Of a DNA stretch of 64,000 nucleotides, positions 25,795 to 40,464 are shown one piece after another. A program made the translations under genes and the position numbers. The notes beneath the pieces were generated by a model that saw only the letters and a list, made by a program, of their open reading frames with translations, was not told the origin of the DNA and ran no database searches. The stretch is from Octopus vulgaris (lineage: Eukaryota): the NCBI GenBank assembly GCA_951406725.2, contig OX597825.1:56482001-56546000 (forward strand), given 5' to 3'. Positions within the stretch are counted from its first letter, which is position 1. The number at the start of each line of letters is the position of its first letter.

Positions 25795-27844
25795 TATGTC
25801 AGAAAAGATAGAATGGTCATAGTTTAAATACAACTCGAAAGCTAGAGATTCCTCAGGCGAAATTATTTTGTACTAATATGTATGGACACCATTGCAAGAT
25901 AAAGAAAATGGTCATTTTCTAGGAAACCGATTTTAAAACACCTCACCTGGTTCAAAGATATGTACAATTACATTTAACACGTTCATACAGACTTAACGAC
26001 CTTCGCTGCCGAACATGTCTCTGAGCAGAAATTCTCCTTATACGCAAAGTGTTTGAAAAACACACGACTGAGCTACGAATGACGTCACTAAACTGTAAAC
26101 TTGATTCTGCCTTATTATGCTTCATCACTAACAGCTACCGAATTCATCATTTTGTACTCCACTAAGAACTGCCGTTATATCTAAAAAAATATATATATAT
26201 ATATATTTCTGATGTGTAGAAAGCTGGATTCAAGCGATGTAGATTCATCAGAATGAATTATTTATCAAAACATATGTGAACGCCATTGGTAAGTGAAGAA
26301 AACGTCCACTCGATAGGAAACAAAATTTTAAAACATTAAAGATGGTTTAAAGGTATGCATTTAACATGTTTGCGTACATAAAACGTAAGAGACCTTCGCT
26401 GTAGAAATCGTTTGGATTAGACAAACACTCCCTATACAGAATGTGTGTGTGTGTATGTACGTATGTGTGTATGTGTGTGTGAAAACAAACAAATCTATGC
26501 TGCGAATGACGTCATCGGATTGTAGGACACATGTTTCTGCGCCGGAATGCTTCTTCAGCAACAGACACCAAATTCGTCATGTATAGCTTTCTAAAATTAG
26601 TCACTTAAACAGCAAACAATAAATTTTCTGTGTGCACAGCTGGATTTTCGTTCGCTGAAAATTTTTATCTGAGATGCCACTACAGAAGATGGCAGTATTT
26701 CCCTAAATCCTAATTGGTCCTGGCCGTTGATAGTAGATCTCTTCGCCCGTTCAGCATTTAGTGATATTCACTACCGAATCAATAAGTACACTTACCGAAA
26801 TAGTTCACAAGCACCATGCTGCATTCCTTGATTTCAACGTAGCCTGGCTCGGGTTGTTACATGTTATTTAACTCCTATTCGAGACCCTGATAGGTGCTAT
26901 TACTCCGGATCAGACCTGTGAACAATAACGGATAAAGGATGGTTCCATACTTCTCAAAATCCTGAAATTCCAGAACCAGGGCCTCGTTACTGGATACAGT
27001 TTAAATTCGTACCCAGAACATAGCAAGACACCTAATTGAACATTTAAAATCCTGGACGGACGATATCACTAAGGTGGAGGCTTCGTAACCTACGTAAATT
27101 CATTCATTCAATACATAGATGCCATGCGATGTGGTGTGTATTTTACTGCTGAAAGCAGCAGTGGTTCAATGAAATTTCTGATTGACTACGTTACTGAGTT
27201 TCATTTCTCTGATTTGAAAGCTCACCAGTTATAATTCAGCGACTTATACAAGCCTTGCAATCAAGGAATAAACCGCGACCAACGATTTTAATAGATTTCT
27301 GTTAGTCAATGAATTGATATATTTTAACTATATCATGTAGTTTTTTTAACTGAAAATCAGTGAATATATTCTTCGTCTTTTATCATCACCTGATTGATAG
27401 GGTCAATAAAATAATACCTGTAATATATGTGGATTGGTTTACTCAACTAATACACTTTTTGTTCAACTTTCTGGCCTTTTGCTATTAAACCATTTTGATG
27501 TTAGTTCCACAATATTTTTTTGTTCTCTCTCTCCTCTCTCTCTCTACTCTCTCTCTCTCCTCTCTCTCTCCTCTCTCTCTCCTCTCTCTCTCCTCTCTCT
27601 CTTCTCTCTCTCCCCTCTCTCACTCTCTCACTCTCTCTCTCTCCTGCCCTCTCGAGTTAAGTGGGTGTGAGTTTATTACGTAAATTTCTCAATAAATTTC
27701 AGATTATAACTTTGATTCCGAACAATAAAGCGATAATCCTCGATAAAATATGTCTAGATCGATATTTCGACTACAACAATCGTCTGTTCCAATATTCATA
27801 TCAATTTCATTTAGAGATCTTATTCGTGTTTATGCTTTGGTACT

Positions 27845-27893
<49 letters not shown>

Positions 27894-27896
27894 CAA

Positions 27897-27930
<34 letters not shown>

Positions 27931-27934
27931 ACAA

Positions 27935-27979
<45 letters not shown>

Positions 27980-28696
27980 CACACATATATATATATTATA
28001 TATATTATATATATATATGTATGTATATGATTTTCCCTCATATTTTGTTGGTCTCCTTCCCACTCTGATCTCTTTCAGAGTTCCTTGTAAACAGGAATAC
28101 AGTCAAATAATGTTCTCTCACGTAGTTAACACCGATATTAGCATTCTACAAGACATTGGCTTCTCTTGCGCGTGATTTTTAATCCCGTTCCAGTCATTGG
28201 TCTTAACGATCTCTTATTTTCATTGTTTTTCTTGTTTGTTTATTTTTAGTTTTAAATTTTTTTTGTTTTTACATCTTTTTATTTCTGCCTCCGCTCTATT
28301 CCAATCCATTGCCCTATCAAATCCCACTCTATTCAGAAAGTGGGGTAGAGAGAGGAAGAGAAGAGGAGAAAGAAAGAAAGAAGGAAAGAAAGCAGGAAAG
28401 AAAGAAAGAAAGAAAGAAAGAGAGAAAGAAAGAAAGTAAGAAAGAAAGAAAGAAGGAAAGAAAGAAAGAATGCAGTCTGTGATGATAGAGAACGAGTTAG
28501 AGACAACGGCAAAGAGACAAGACAGAAACTGAGAGACAGAAAGACACTGAGAGAGAGAGAGAAAAATAGAGACAATGGTATGAGCGTTGTAGATAGAGAG
28601 TTCGTCAGAGACAGAATGGGTTTATGAGAGAAATGGAGAGAGAAACTGTTAGAGAGGGAGGGAGAGACAGACAGAGTGTGTGTGTGTGTGTATGTA

Positions 28697-28737
<41 letters not shown>

Positions 28738-28883
28738 CAGATAGACTCTATCAGAGAGAGCGGAAGACTGGTTAGAGAGTACTGCACACAGTTCTACTTA
28801 TACATATTTATGCATAGGTACAGATACAAACACGTACATCCACACATTTACACATGGACACACATACACAAACACCAGACACT

Positions 28884-28915
<32 letters not shown>

Positions 28916-29159
28916 CCCACATACTCACATACACACGTACACTCACAAATTTATTCTTCACGTTTCGTTCTTTCGAATAGGCTAATTAGTCTGACCTCAT
29001 TAAATGTTGTGTCGTTTATCTTTGACAGTCAATGTTGAGTTTTATAGTTAATCCAACAACGACGTCATAAATATGTCATATATGATCGTCGTAGAACTAC
29101 GTGTTGTGGTTTCGATGTTGTGATTAACCACGGTCAGCAGGCCAATATCACTTTCTTCT

Positions 29160-29197
<38 letters not shown>

Positions 29198-29383
29198 TAC
29201 TTGTTCTCTCTTGTCCTCTCTCTCATTCTCTGTCTCTCTGTCTCTCTCTCACACTCGTTCCCTCTCATTCCCTCTCCCCCTCTGTCTCTGTCTTTCTGTC
29301 TATCGCTCTCTTCCTCTCCCTACCTCTCCTTCACCCTATCTCATCCTCTTTCTCCCGCTCTCTTTCTTTCTCTCTTTCTTTCC

Positions 29384-29418
<35 letters not shown>

Positions 29419-29494
29419 CTTTCTTTCTCTCTTTTGCCAGAGTCGGTATAGGTTATTAACCTCTGTGTCAAACAGATGAGAGATAAATCTCATC

Positions 29495-29660
29495 TAGGAT
29501 AGAGCACTAATCTCTTTATCTTCTTGAGTTCAAGATCTCACCGATTTCAACTTTGCTTTTCATGTTTCTGGGATTGATAAAATGGAAGAGCCATCAAATA
29601 CAGGTGTTCGATTACATCAACTTAACCCTCACCCAATTTGAGGCCCTGTGTTTACCTAAA
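29495..29660 (+). mobile_element. SINE family A, very diverged
   Basis: ttgagttcaagatctcaccgatttcaactttgcttttcatg...ttgataaaat. Confidence 0.55.
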
Positions 29661-29765
29661 ACAAAAAAAGAACATTAGTAATCTGGAATGTTTTCAGAAA
29701 CTAGCTGCACTGTACCAGCTGTATAATGCGGTCAGTGGAAAAATCAGCTCTAACATTCTAGAAAG

Positions 29766-30143
29766 CAGTTTTTCTCTAAGTAGGCGGAACTACCCATCAC
29801 TCAGTTGGAATTCACAGAAGATTTTATATGCATACTGGTGACAAGTGGGTGGTAGCGAGGACAATAGACGCGTCTTTTAATAGGCCTAATTTTCAAAAAT
29901 ATTTTCAGGTTTTTTTTCTGCGTGTGAATGATCTGGTAATGCTAGAGGCCGAAATGTTATTTTGACATTCCATATTATATTGAATGGATGATTTATTTGC
30001 AATTAGCTTTTTAATGGTGGCCAACATGTCAGCAGTAATTTTTTGTGATGTGTTAAAATTTGCTGAAGGGACATTGAAGAAGCGTTAGTAAAAAAAGACA
30101 AAAAAAAGGAGACGCCGATAGTTAAAATGTTTGAGAAGCACTT
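29766..30143. mobile_element. hAT-Charlie-like MITE, old
   Basis: Ends cagtttttctctaa / ttgagaagcactt resemble CAGTGTTTCTCAA-type TIRs. TSD not resolved. Confidence 0.45.
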
Positions 30144-30216
30144 CTCTATAAACTGTTTGTGGATGTTATGAACGACGATGGTACGGGAGTTATTCTAGGC
30201 ATCGATGTAGAAAGTT

Positions 30217-30873
30217 TAAGTTTCTCAACCATCTCTTAGTTATGGACCCCTCTGGTTCCTATTTTAACCAGGATGAACCCTCCTAGCCCTTCGAACTTTT
30301 AAAAAGTTCTGCTATATTTTTATAATTAAATATTATTAGGAATTGTAGGCGCAGGAGTGGCTGTGTGGTAAGTAGCTTGCTTACCAAACACGTGGTTCCG
30401 GGTTCATTCCCACTGCGTGGCACCTTGGGCAAGTGTCTTCTACTATAGCCTCGGGCCGACTAAAGCCTTGTGAGGGGATTTGGTAGACGGAAACTGAAAG
30501 AAGCCCGTTGTGTATATGTATATGTACGTGTGTGTATATGTTTGTGTGTCTGTGTTTGTTCCCCTAACATCGCTTGACAACCGATGCTGGTGTGTTTACG
30601 TCCCCGTAACTTAGCGGTTCGGCAAAAGGATAATGATACAATAAGTACTAGGCTTACAAAGAATAAGTCCTGGGGTCGATTTGCTCGACTAAAGGTGGTG
30701 CTCCAGCATGGCCGTAGTCAAATGACTGAAACAAGTAAAAAAGATAAAAGAGAAATTGTCCACCTAAATTGTTAAAATATTGTGTGTGGTGCAGAATTAA
30801 TTGGAGATACATTTGGACAAGAGAGCCTTATGTGAACCTCGAAGAGCCATGTGGACCCCGCTTGAGAACCACT
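30217..30873. mobile_element. hAT-like MITE interrupted by a SINE
   Basis: Left tttctcaacc...tatggacccc; right gtggaccccgcttgagaaccact. Confidence 0.55.
30348..30752 (+). mobile_element. Full-length tRNA-headed SINE, family B (CORE-like)
   Basis: ggcgcaggagtggctgtgtggtaag (A box), gggttcattccc (B box), caccttgggcaagtgtc (CORE-like), internal TG microsatellite and A-rich tail. aattgt occurs on both sides (30341, 30754) as a possible TSD. Confidence 0.9.
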
Positions 30874-31799
30874 TGATTAAGCAGTGTGGAGTCTTTTCAG
30901 AATGGGCAGCATGGATAATTTCCAAAAGTACTTCGCCAAGCACTACAATACAATGGGAATTTTTTTTGTTTTGTTTTGTTTTTGGTGGGGTGGATAAAAA
31001 TTACAACAATGTTCATTTTAGAGCTGCTGACAACCGAAACCTCCCGAGATGGTCATTCCATGAAGAATTGTCCCACATGAACTGGTTCAGTATCCATATT
31101 AATTTGTTCTTGTATGCCGAACTGTTATTACCACATGTGAGAGGGATCTGACTTTCAGCCAAGTGAATAGCTGTTATTACATGTAGGAGGGATTTTACTG
31201 ACAGCTAAATGAACAGCCGTTATCTCATGTGTTAGGGGCTTATCTGGCTGTCAACCGAGATTACTGTGACGATCAAACCCTCCCTCTTTTTAACAGCAAA
31301 GAACAGGTGAGATTTATATTACCTGGTGCTCATAGCAAAGGAAGGTGTATGATAGACGTGGTCCAAAAGCTTGAGGAGAAAGCCTTTCCTCTAGGGACAG
31401 GTCCTCATCAACTTCATTAAGTACCACATGAGCATGAAGGTGACGGTAGAGGGGGGAAAACGCTGAGCCCCAGCAAATTTTATGAAGATTTTTTCTATAT
31501 TTTAGTTCCATTTCTCATCACCTTCCGCACTTCTTGACATATATTTATTACAGCGGAAAGCAAAGCTAGGAACACTCACGGCTGTCTCAACCCAGGATTG
31601 GTGACCCTGATGCTGAGGAATAGAGTTTCAAACGATGATGAGAAAATATGCATTTTCAGCTCACATTGCAGTTAAAGTTTTGGCTGAGATGATCAAGAAG
31701 ACGATGGTAGTGTGGTCAGGAAAGTGCATCCCTGCACGATTCCTGTCGGATTTTTTCACATCAATCACCTTACGTTTACATTGTACTACAGGCGAGTAA

Positions 31800-33100
31800 T
31801 ACATCTGGTAGGAACTTTATATATTTGATAAGTGCACCGCTACGTGGCACTGTCCTCAGTGAAACTTGTTTCGGCCTTGCTATCATATTCCTGTGATCGC
31901 TTCTATGTACAGCAGTACACAGAGGGCTCAATGTATTAGTTCTAAACACATACACACACTGCCCATTAAAGGTGTAGGCTCTCGTCGTTTTCATATACGT
32001 TAGTTCTCAAGCCATTACTTCGGAAGTATTGAATGACATCCTTTTCCAACTGTGACGTGAGAATGCCATATCGGTATCTGTAGATGATGTCACCATGATA
32101 TGATTGAGGTTCATTCTGATATAACACGGTAATAGAAGCATGCTTTACGCAAGTCAATCGGAGGACCTTGAAGTTCCGCTTCTGGAGAGACAAGGCTTCG
32201 ATGGTCAGTCTTTCAAGTTACTCGACCGACGGTCTGGCTTAAGATGGGGTTTGGTTACAACCAGAGTTTCAGGTTGACATGAACTGGAATGCGATTACTA
32301 ACAGAAGCGTCAGTCTCAGAAATATGCTGTATAAAAATCTAGGCTTAAATGCTTAGTCAGAGGTGACCAAGGCTTACATAACCTCCTTCATTTACTACCG
32401 AATCAAAGTTGTGTCTTCATTAGATTGCCTGCTCTCTTAATTCTTACGGAAATAGTGCATTCCAGGGGTCAGAAGGTTTATCAGTTGCTTCTATTCTTCG
32501 TACAGAGGATTGTACCAGTGTTCATTTAGCTCTAAATAAACTGTTGCTGAACATTGCGTTTTGGGGGTTAACATATTTGATTCTTCTCTCTCCTTGATTA
32601 AAAAGCTATCGTTTCTTTCTCTAGGTTATCCAAAAGTTTAAGTGCAGGCATATGCAGGAGCTGCGGTGTCTGCAACGATTCCTGAACTGTGAGTAGATGT
32701 GGTTCCCGTTTGGTAAGCGTGTTTTCTCACAGCTGGACTCTTCGATGGAACTGTAGCCATAGGTGAAGTGGAGATCAAGATTGAGTTAGTGGCAGCAAAA
32801 ATTCTGTTAGATTCTCACAGTTCTCAAATATCAAGACAATCGTAGATGAAACTTTGTATTCTGAAAAGAATTAATGTTGGGTCACAGTGACTATATTCAT
32901 CAGGACATTTTAGGAAATGGCAAAGTGCGGTTGAACAATCTATTTCAGAACACATTGTCTCTCCAGAGTAAACTCTTCACGTACGGAAGTGCCTTCGCTT
33001 ATAGTGGACCCGAGACACAAACAGTGCGATAAAACCTCTCTGGTCACATCAATTCGGTATGCGAACATTGCTAAGCTATGGCGTTTTGTCGAACCAGCAT
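31800..33100 (-). mobile_element. Very decayed CR1-like LINE fragment
   Basis: Minus-strand remnants in the expected order: DVTREV...LG(PL) near 33010-33050, LTPKTQCSATV near 32540-32575, LYSIFLR near 32310-32335, ERL...LSLQKR near 32175-32215. Confidence 0.45.
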
Positions 33101-33275
33101 TTGTCGTGATTAGCCAAAATCAACTCAAAGGCGTAGAAGGGTGATGTAGGTGAAAAATTTCCATGATTAAAGATGCAAAAACCCAACACATTTCCTCTGG
33201 CGCACTATGTCTGTAAATTTAAATTATAGTTTCAACGCAGGGTTTTAGACAAAGTCAAATACCAGACAAATACAA

Positions 33276-33319
<44 letters not shown>

Positions 33320-33323
<4 letters not shown>

Positions 33324-34108
33324 TAAATATATATAGAAAATAGTAAAAAGTGAAAAAGCTACAGAAGGCTTAAAGGTTAAAAAATATATATTTGAGTCAA
33401 TATGTCTGAAGAATATTAAAAATATTTTTCTTACAATGACATAGTTTAGAAGAAAGACCGGTTTCGCGTTTAGCTTTTCAAATTTATTATGACGTTATGT
33501 TTATGTTGAACAAAGTTATCGTTATGTTTATGTTTAAAAGAGTTCTAAATAAGGGGAGGTAATGAGTGATTTCTTCCGGTGTAAGGGAGATAATCGCTTA
33601 AAGTTTTTTCCTTTCCCTTGGTGTGAATTTCTCTGTATCAGTATGTTGGAATGGTTAAGTCTGGGCTTGTACTTTTCAATGAAGAATGTTTCCTTGTTTA
33701 GTCTAATTTGTGTTGATGATCCGATAGCACATTGGTAAAATGGAAAGATTAAAAATTGTGGTAGTATATATTTAACAAAAAACTTGCTATGCATTTTGTT
33801 GGAGAATTAAGTTCCTGGATTTTCCTGAAGAGAAGGCTGCAAAATGGACTCCTTATTCCATCCGAATTAGGGACTTTGCAGCCTTTGAAACATATGTAGA
33901 AAATAATAAAAAGGAATTTTGTTAAATCTTCGTTCAGCTCCATTTCTTCCTACACTAAATATATAAAACTTCAAATTTCCGCACTAAGGCACGGATTTTA
34001 GGCCCCATGGTCGTAACCTCAACCGTGCTTTTTCTGTTGTGATTTTTGCTACCCAGGTATCGGTTATCATTTGAATTATCCGTAATAAGATAATTCATTT
34101 ATCTACTT

Positions 34109-34110
<2 letters not shown>
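33320..34110 (-). mobile_element. Penelope-like element fragment (GIY-YIG endonuclease C-terminus plus pLTR), flanked by (TA)n
   Basis: ORF 33534-33794 contains FLIFPFYQC......RLNKETFFIEKYKPRLN, typical of the PLE endonuclease C-terminus. Half-hammerhead CGAAACCGGTC on the minus strand at 33456-33466. (TA)n at 33279-33318 and 34111-34172. Confidence 0.8.
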
Positions 34111-34158
<48 letters not shown>

Positions 34159-34175
34159 GTATATATATGTATATC

Positions 34176-34455
34176 GGCAGTTGGTATCCTGGTGGATCGA
34201 GTATTGTGCTCACTCGCTAAATCATGGGTTCGATATCCTGATCGATATTGTATTCTTGAGCAAAACACTTCATTTTGTTCTACTTGAATCTACTCAGCTG
34301 TGAACGGGTAACCTTGTGAAAGAATTGTATACCGATATGGGGAAACGTTGACCTAATCACCTGGCCAGCGGGCAGGCGTTACTTGTAAACAAAAGCAACG
34401 TGAAACGCATTGTGACCAGTGATGTATAGCAGCATCCGATAATCTAGTCGATACT
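34176..34455 (+). mobile_element. Diverged tRNA-headed SINE
   Basis: gggttcgatatcc B-box-like motif, then ttcttgagcaaaacacttca...ctcagctgtgaacgggta. Confidence 0.55.
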
Positions 34456-34544
34456 GTGACAGACAGATAGACGGACAGAAAGATATACAGACAGACAGAC
34501 AGATAGATAGACAGACAGACAGACAGATAGCTAGATAGACAGAC

Positions 34545-34644
<100 letters not shown>

Positions 34645-35095
34645 GTAGTTATCATCATGTATGTGTAGTCCACTCACCACTGCATACGTCTAAGTCACTT
34701 TGCGGTTAGAGTTGTCTTAATGAAAGTGCTTATTGAGGAAGAAACAAGTGTCATCTTATATTCAAACAATAAGATTGACTCTTTCCTTATGGGCATGTCA
34801 AGATTGGATAATTCTTAATTCTTGCGATAATCTCCTCTTTTCATATAGAGCTGATCACGCTTGCCATTTGGTGACAGGCACACATCCTCTAGAGGCGACG
34901 ATAATTTTAAGAAATCAAGAAATTATGTTGTATAGTATTTGATATATCTTCATTTATGTATGTTCTTCAAATACACGCCACTGGCCACTCTTAGCTACTT
35001 CTCTCAGCTCACTTTTGTTTCTATTCACAGGAATTTGTATATGTGCATATGTGTGTGCGTATACATATGCACGTAGTTTATATGTGTGTATATAA

Positions 35096-35145
<50 letters not shown>

Positions 35146-35256
35146 ATATATATATAAGAACACACATACATATTTATATACAGATATGTATACATACATA
35201 TTTATATTTGTGTATAGATATGTATGTATATGTATTTATATATATATATATGTATA

Positions 35257-35331
<75 letters not shown>

Positions 35332-36599
35332 GTGAACATAAAGAGAACAACATAGAAAGACAGAAAAGTGTAGATTATGTTCTAAATATCTTGACTAAAA
35401 GGGATATTTAAGAACTTTACCAACGAAAGAGATTTCTTCACAAGTGAAAAACTGAACTTTCAATGAAAGAATACATCTTGTTATGAATTCAAGATAAGAA
35501 CAAAGTTGTAATCTTCCTTCCCCCGCCCCGCCACCAGTAAGCACCAGCCCCATCCCCCAGTACCACCACACCTTTTCCCACCCATTATCTTTCTCTCTTC
35601 ATGACTTAACTTTTTTCTACTGCAAAACTCAACTATAAAATCGAATATCAAAACCAAAACCAAAACCAAAGGCAAAAAACGAAAAAAAAAAAAAAACTAA
35701 CGTATAAATGAATAGATAAGATTTCTGTGTATTTCTAAGCTTCCTCTTTCTTACAATAACTTACATTGTTACTCATTCGATAACAATAAGGTTTAAATTA
35801 CAAAAGAAAAAAATTGCTAGAAAACATAATGTAAATTTGAATTTCAATTTTGAACTTTATACCTTACAAAGATACATACGAATCTTTACGTGATCGATCT
35901 ACTTCTCAGAAATAGTAGCCAAACGTCTGCAAATTATACTCTTACCGTGCTAAACTGGTGAGCCGCCGTTAATCAATTTAGTCTAAGATATACAAAAATG
36001 TAGGCTGGAATACGCTTTATAATAGTTGTATTCGATCAGGGAAATCCTAGTTCTAAACAACAACTACGACGACGATGACACGGAAAGTGAAACTGACTGA
36101 ATGTATGTGTGTGTGTGTGTGTGTGTGCGCGCGCGCCTCTGTGTGTGTGTGTGTCTGCGTGTAATTAAGTAAAAACAATGGTTACCTCTTCGAGTCACGC
36201 CGTCTCATAAGGGCCGGTTTCCCAGTTTCCATGGCGTACAAATTCCCCCACCTGGATGGGACGCCAGTCCTGCGCAGCTTTACTCTCTTTTGCCAGCTAA
36301 GTGACTGGAACAATGTAAGAGAGTCACTTTAGGTAACTCTCATGTTTTACTATGTTCCATACATTTACTAAGATTCGGTGTACAAGAAGTACCTGTGCAT
36401 AGGAATAATTTTTCAGTGGGTGTAATTTGCACCTCACTACTCCCAGCTATTGACCCAAGGGAGATTTCCTTCTCCTACGTAGATTAAATACATATATACA
36501 TACATACATACATACATACATACATACATAGATGCATACATCCATTCAAATGTAGGTGTGTGTATATGTGTGTGTGTGTGTGTATGTGTGTGTGTGCGT

Positions 36600-36898
36600 A
36601 TGAGTGGATTTGGTAGACGGAAACCGAAAGAAGCCTGTCTCTTATATATATATATATATATATATATATAAGTGTGTGTGTGTGTGTGTTTACATCCGTG
36701 TTTGTCCTCCATCACTGCTTCACGACTGGTGTTGGTGTGTTTACGTCCCTGTAACTTAACGGTTCGGCAAAACAGACAGATAGAATAAGTACTAGGCTTA
36801 AAAGAAATAAGTTCTGGGTTCGGGTTGCTCGACTAAAATTTTTCAAAGCGGTGCCCCAGTATGGCCGCAGTCTAATGACTAGAGCATGTAAAAGAAAA
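36600..36898 (+). mobile_element. SINE family B, 3' part
   Basis: gagtggatttggtagacggaaac...atggccgcagtc. Confidence 0.85.
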
Positions 36899-36984
36899 TG
36901 TCCCTTTTGTGGTGCCAATCACTGAACATCTGCTATTTGTGGGCAAGTACCTTTCATAATATTGCCAAGTATATCACACTTCGT

Positions 36985-37120
36985 TCTTGGTTTATTGATT
37001 TAGGGAGGATGAGACTAAAAGTCAAGTTCAGCGGGATTTGAACTCAGGACGTAAAGAGGCATGTAAGTAAGTGTCAAGGACAATGTTATCTGACGCTCTG
37101 TTGATTCTGCCATCCCCTTG
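36985..37120 (-). mobile_element. SINE family A, diverged
   Basis: gcgggatttgaactcaggacgtaaagag. Confidence 0.6.
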
Positions 37121-37281
37121 CCATATATGGACATTAATAAATTCTTTTGACAAGGTATAATGTATAAATATATAAATATATCAAAATAGTCGAAAAGATT
37201 ACGGTATTTATTAAAAAGAAAATATATCTCAGGGGAGTATATGAATTAATACATAGGAAGAAAATGAAGAGTGAACTAGCG

Positions 37282-37326
<45 letters not shown>

Positions 37327-38037
37327 AAAAAAATGGAGGAGGTTGAAACTTTAATCTACTGCGAGAAAATGGACGAGCTTTCCATATTTAGTAAATTTGG
37401 AGGTGAAAACGGGAAGGAATTTTTGCCACCTGTAACAGCACATATGTTTATCGAAGTGTAAATGTTGCAGTCTCCATATTGACCAGATATTAAATAGTAC
37501 CGTTGGACATGACAAATAGATTAGAATTTCAAGATGATAGATTCACCTGAAGCTAGACAAAACTTTAGCAGCGAAAGAAGCATTTCACCAGCAAAAATCA
37601 TCTATTATACATTGATACATACATACATACATACATACATACATACATTATATGAGTGTGTATATATGTGTACAAGTTCTTTCATGTATATATTTATGTA
37701 GGTAGGTATGTATGTATACACATTTTTAAAACTTTACATAAATATGTATTTAGAGACATATATATATATGTCGCCATTATATACGAAACATATCATTACA
37801 CACGCATATAGACAGACATATACATACATATGCATTATATTTGAATAGACATACATATGTGTGTGTGTGCGCGTGTGTGCGCGCGTGTGTGTACACTCTT
37901 ATTACATTCAGTACAATTTCTTTCTTGTTTCAGTTGCTGTACACACATGCATCATGTCTGTACACTATATTTTCACATAAACACATATTATGAATCGATA
38001 TAGATGCATTTATACATTCATATATGCATACGTAAAC

Positions 38038-38076
<39 letters not shown>

Positions 38077-38827
38077 TTTATACAAAATTGTGTATAATGT
38101 GCTTGTCTGTGTGTGTCAATGAAGACAGAAGCGAAACTCGGAGTAATAGCAGAGATGTAATGTCAGCAATGGATGAAAAATAATCACACCATACAACTAT
38201 ATGTTGAGTATTTATTCGTCTATATGTAAATTTCAAACGTATGCATATATGCATACATAAATGCATGCTCCTCTACGTATTCCTGTGCATAAAATATCTA
38301 CGTGCGTCTTTGTCAGTATATATGAACATGCATAAATGCATGTACACATACACACATATATATATCATATATATGTATGTGTGTGCACATGTATGTATAT
38401 ATATATATATAAATATTTATTTATTCATTTATGCGTGTTTCTGTGTGTGTGGATGGACGGATGTATGTCTATATGTGCATGTATGTGCATGTGTGCGCGC
38501 ATGCGTATGTGTGTGTGCATATGTATTGGTTTATTCTTTATTATTGACGAACTCTAATTAGGCTGAAGATCCGCAGGGAGTTTTGTATTTGTTTTTCATT
38601 TTCTCTTGTTGCAATGGTTGTTGTCATTGTTATTGTTGTTATTGTTTCTGATGTTATTGATGACGACGACGACGACCATGACGATGCATTTCATTTTTAT
38701 ATTCTTTTCTTTTTCTGGGGAAACAAAAAAGTTTTCAATATGATTTACACGCTTGGTGTCAGAAGCTGATACAAAAATATCAATATTTTATATCTATGTG
38801 TATATGTGTGCATAAATATGTGGGTGT

Positions 38828-38875
<48 letters not shown>

Positions 38876-39006
38876 GTGTGTGTGTATTTATATATACATA
38901 TATGATACGTGCCTGTGTATGTATTAATATATATGATATAACCATAGATTCATAGATAAATAGGCACATAGAGAAACAAATAAATATGGACATATATATA
39001 TATTTA

Positions 39007-39037
<31 letters not shown>

Positions 39038-39978
39038 TTATATTTATATTTATAAATATATATGTATATATCTATATGTATCGCTATATAAGAATGAATA
39101 TATATGTACATATGTATATACTTACATGCATACATATATCAACAGCAGCTATCCTAGTTACTGCCCACAATGATATTGTAAACAAATAAAAGAACAATGT
39201 AAATCCTCATACCCCTTCCTCCTCATCTCATCTCACAGCATCCCACCCTACCCCCCAAATAAACAAAAACCTCAACAACAATAACAAAACCATCACGAAA
39301 TGATACGATATTCTTGCAAGAGACTGAGAAAAACAAATTATTATTGTTAAACAAAAGAAAAACAAGATACTTACACAAGAAGCAAAAAAAATACAAAAGA
39401 GAACCGAAACGGAAAACGAAGAAGTAGAAAGTGGAGAAACTACGAATAATAATGTATACACTTATAAATGACTTAGTTTACATCCTGGCATTCGATTTCA
39501 ATTTTAGTGCGGACCTACTTTGTTCACTTAAAAATATATTAATCGTTAGATAATAACAAAATTTTGTTCCAGTTCACTGATAAATCCACATGTTCAAGGA
39601 ACAAAAGGAAGGGTCAGGAAGAGGGGAGAAGGCGCACGAGGAAATTATTTACCGCTACAATCACTACAAGCATTAGCAGCAGCAGCAGCGCCGCCACCAC
39701 CACTACCACCACAACCACCACCACCACCACCACCACCAATCTTGTTCTTCCTTCTAGAGTTTCACAAATGATGGGATTTCAAGAGAAGAGAAACGGTATA
39801 GGGTGGGATTGAGAGGGAGATGCAGAGGGGTAGATTAGATAGACGTGAATAAGAACCTCGCGGTTAGACGAGATCAGTCAGCACATACTGATCTGTAAAC
39901 GCGAATCAAATACCATATAAATTCATATATGTATGTGGGTGCATATGTGTATATACATATACATACATATATACATGT

Positions 39979-40025
<47 letters not shown>

Positions 40026-40299
40026 TATGTATATACGTACATATATATGTACATATATCATAAACGTATTTATATAATAATATATATGCATATACATATA
40101 GATCAATATGCAAATATATATGTATTTATATGTATACACACTCATACACACATACATATTTATCCTGTGTGTGGACATGTGTGTTACAAATCTATATATA
40201 TATTTTCAGCTTATTGCATCTTCATACAAAACACACACACACACACATACAAACACACAGACTTAGATCCAAATATTTATTGCGAAACCCGTAAGGTAA

Positions 40300-40317
40300 T
40301 TATTATTATTAGAAATT

Positions 40318-40364
<47 letters not shown>

Positions 40365-40372
40365 TATTATTG

Positions 40373-40461
<89 letters not shown>
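40300..40461 (+). repeat. (CAT)n/(TAT)n microsatellite
   Basis: Source of the poly-H/Y/S/L/M/I ORFs. Confidence 0.95.

Positions 40462-40464
<3 letters not shown>

Noticed and set aside
32625-32688. Candidate 64-nt exon (tttctttctctag|VIQKFKCRHMQELRCLQRFLN|gtgagt)
   Set aside because: It lies antisense within a decayed LINE and the peptide is unrecognised; RNA-seq would be needed.
36330-36485. Possible snRNA (aatttttcagtgg Sm-like site)
   Set aside because: No match to U1/U2/U4/U5 conserved sequences that I can recognise.
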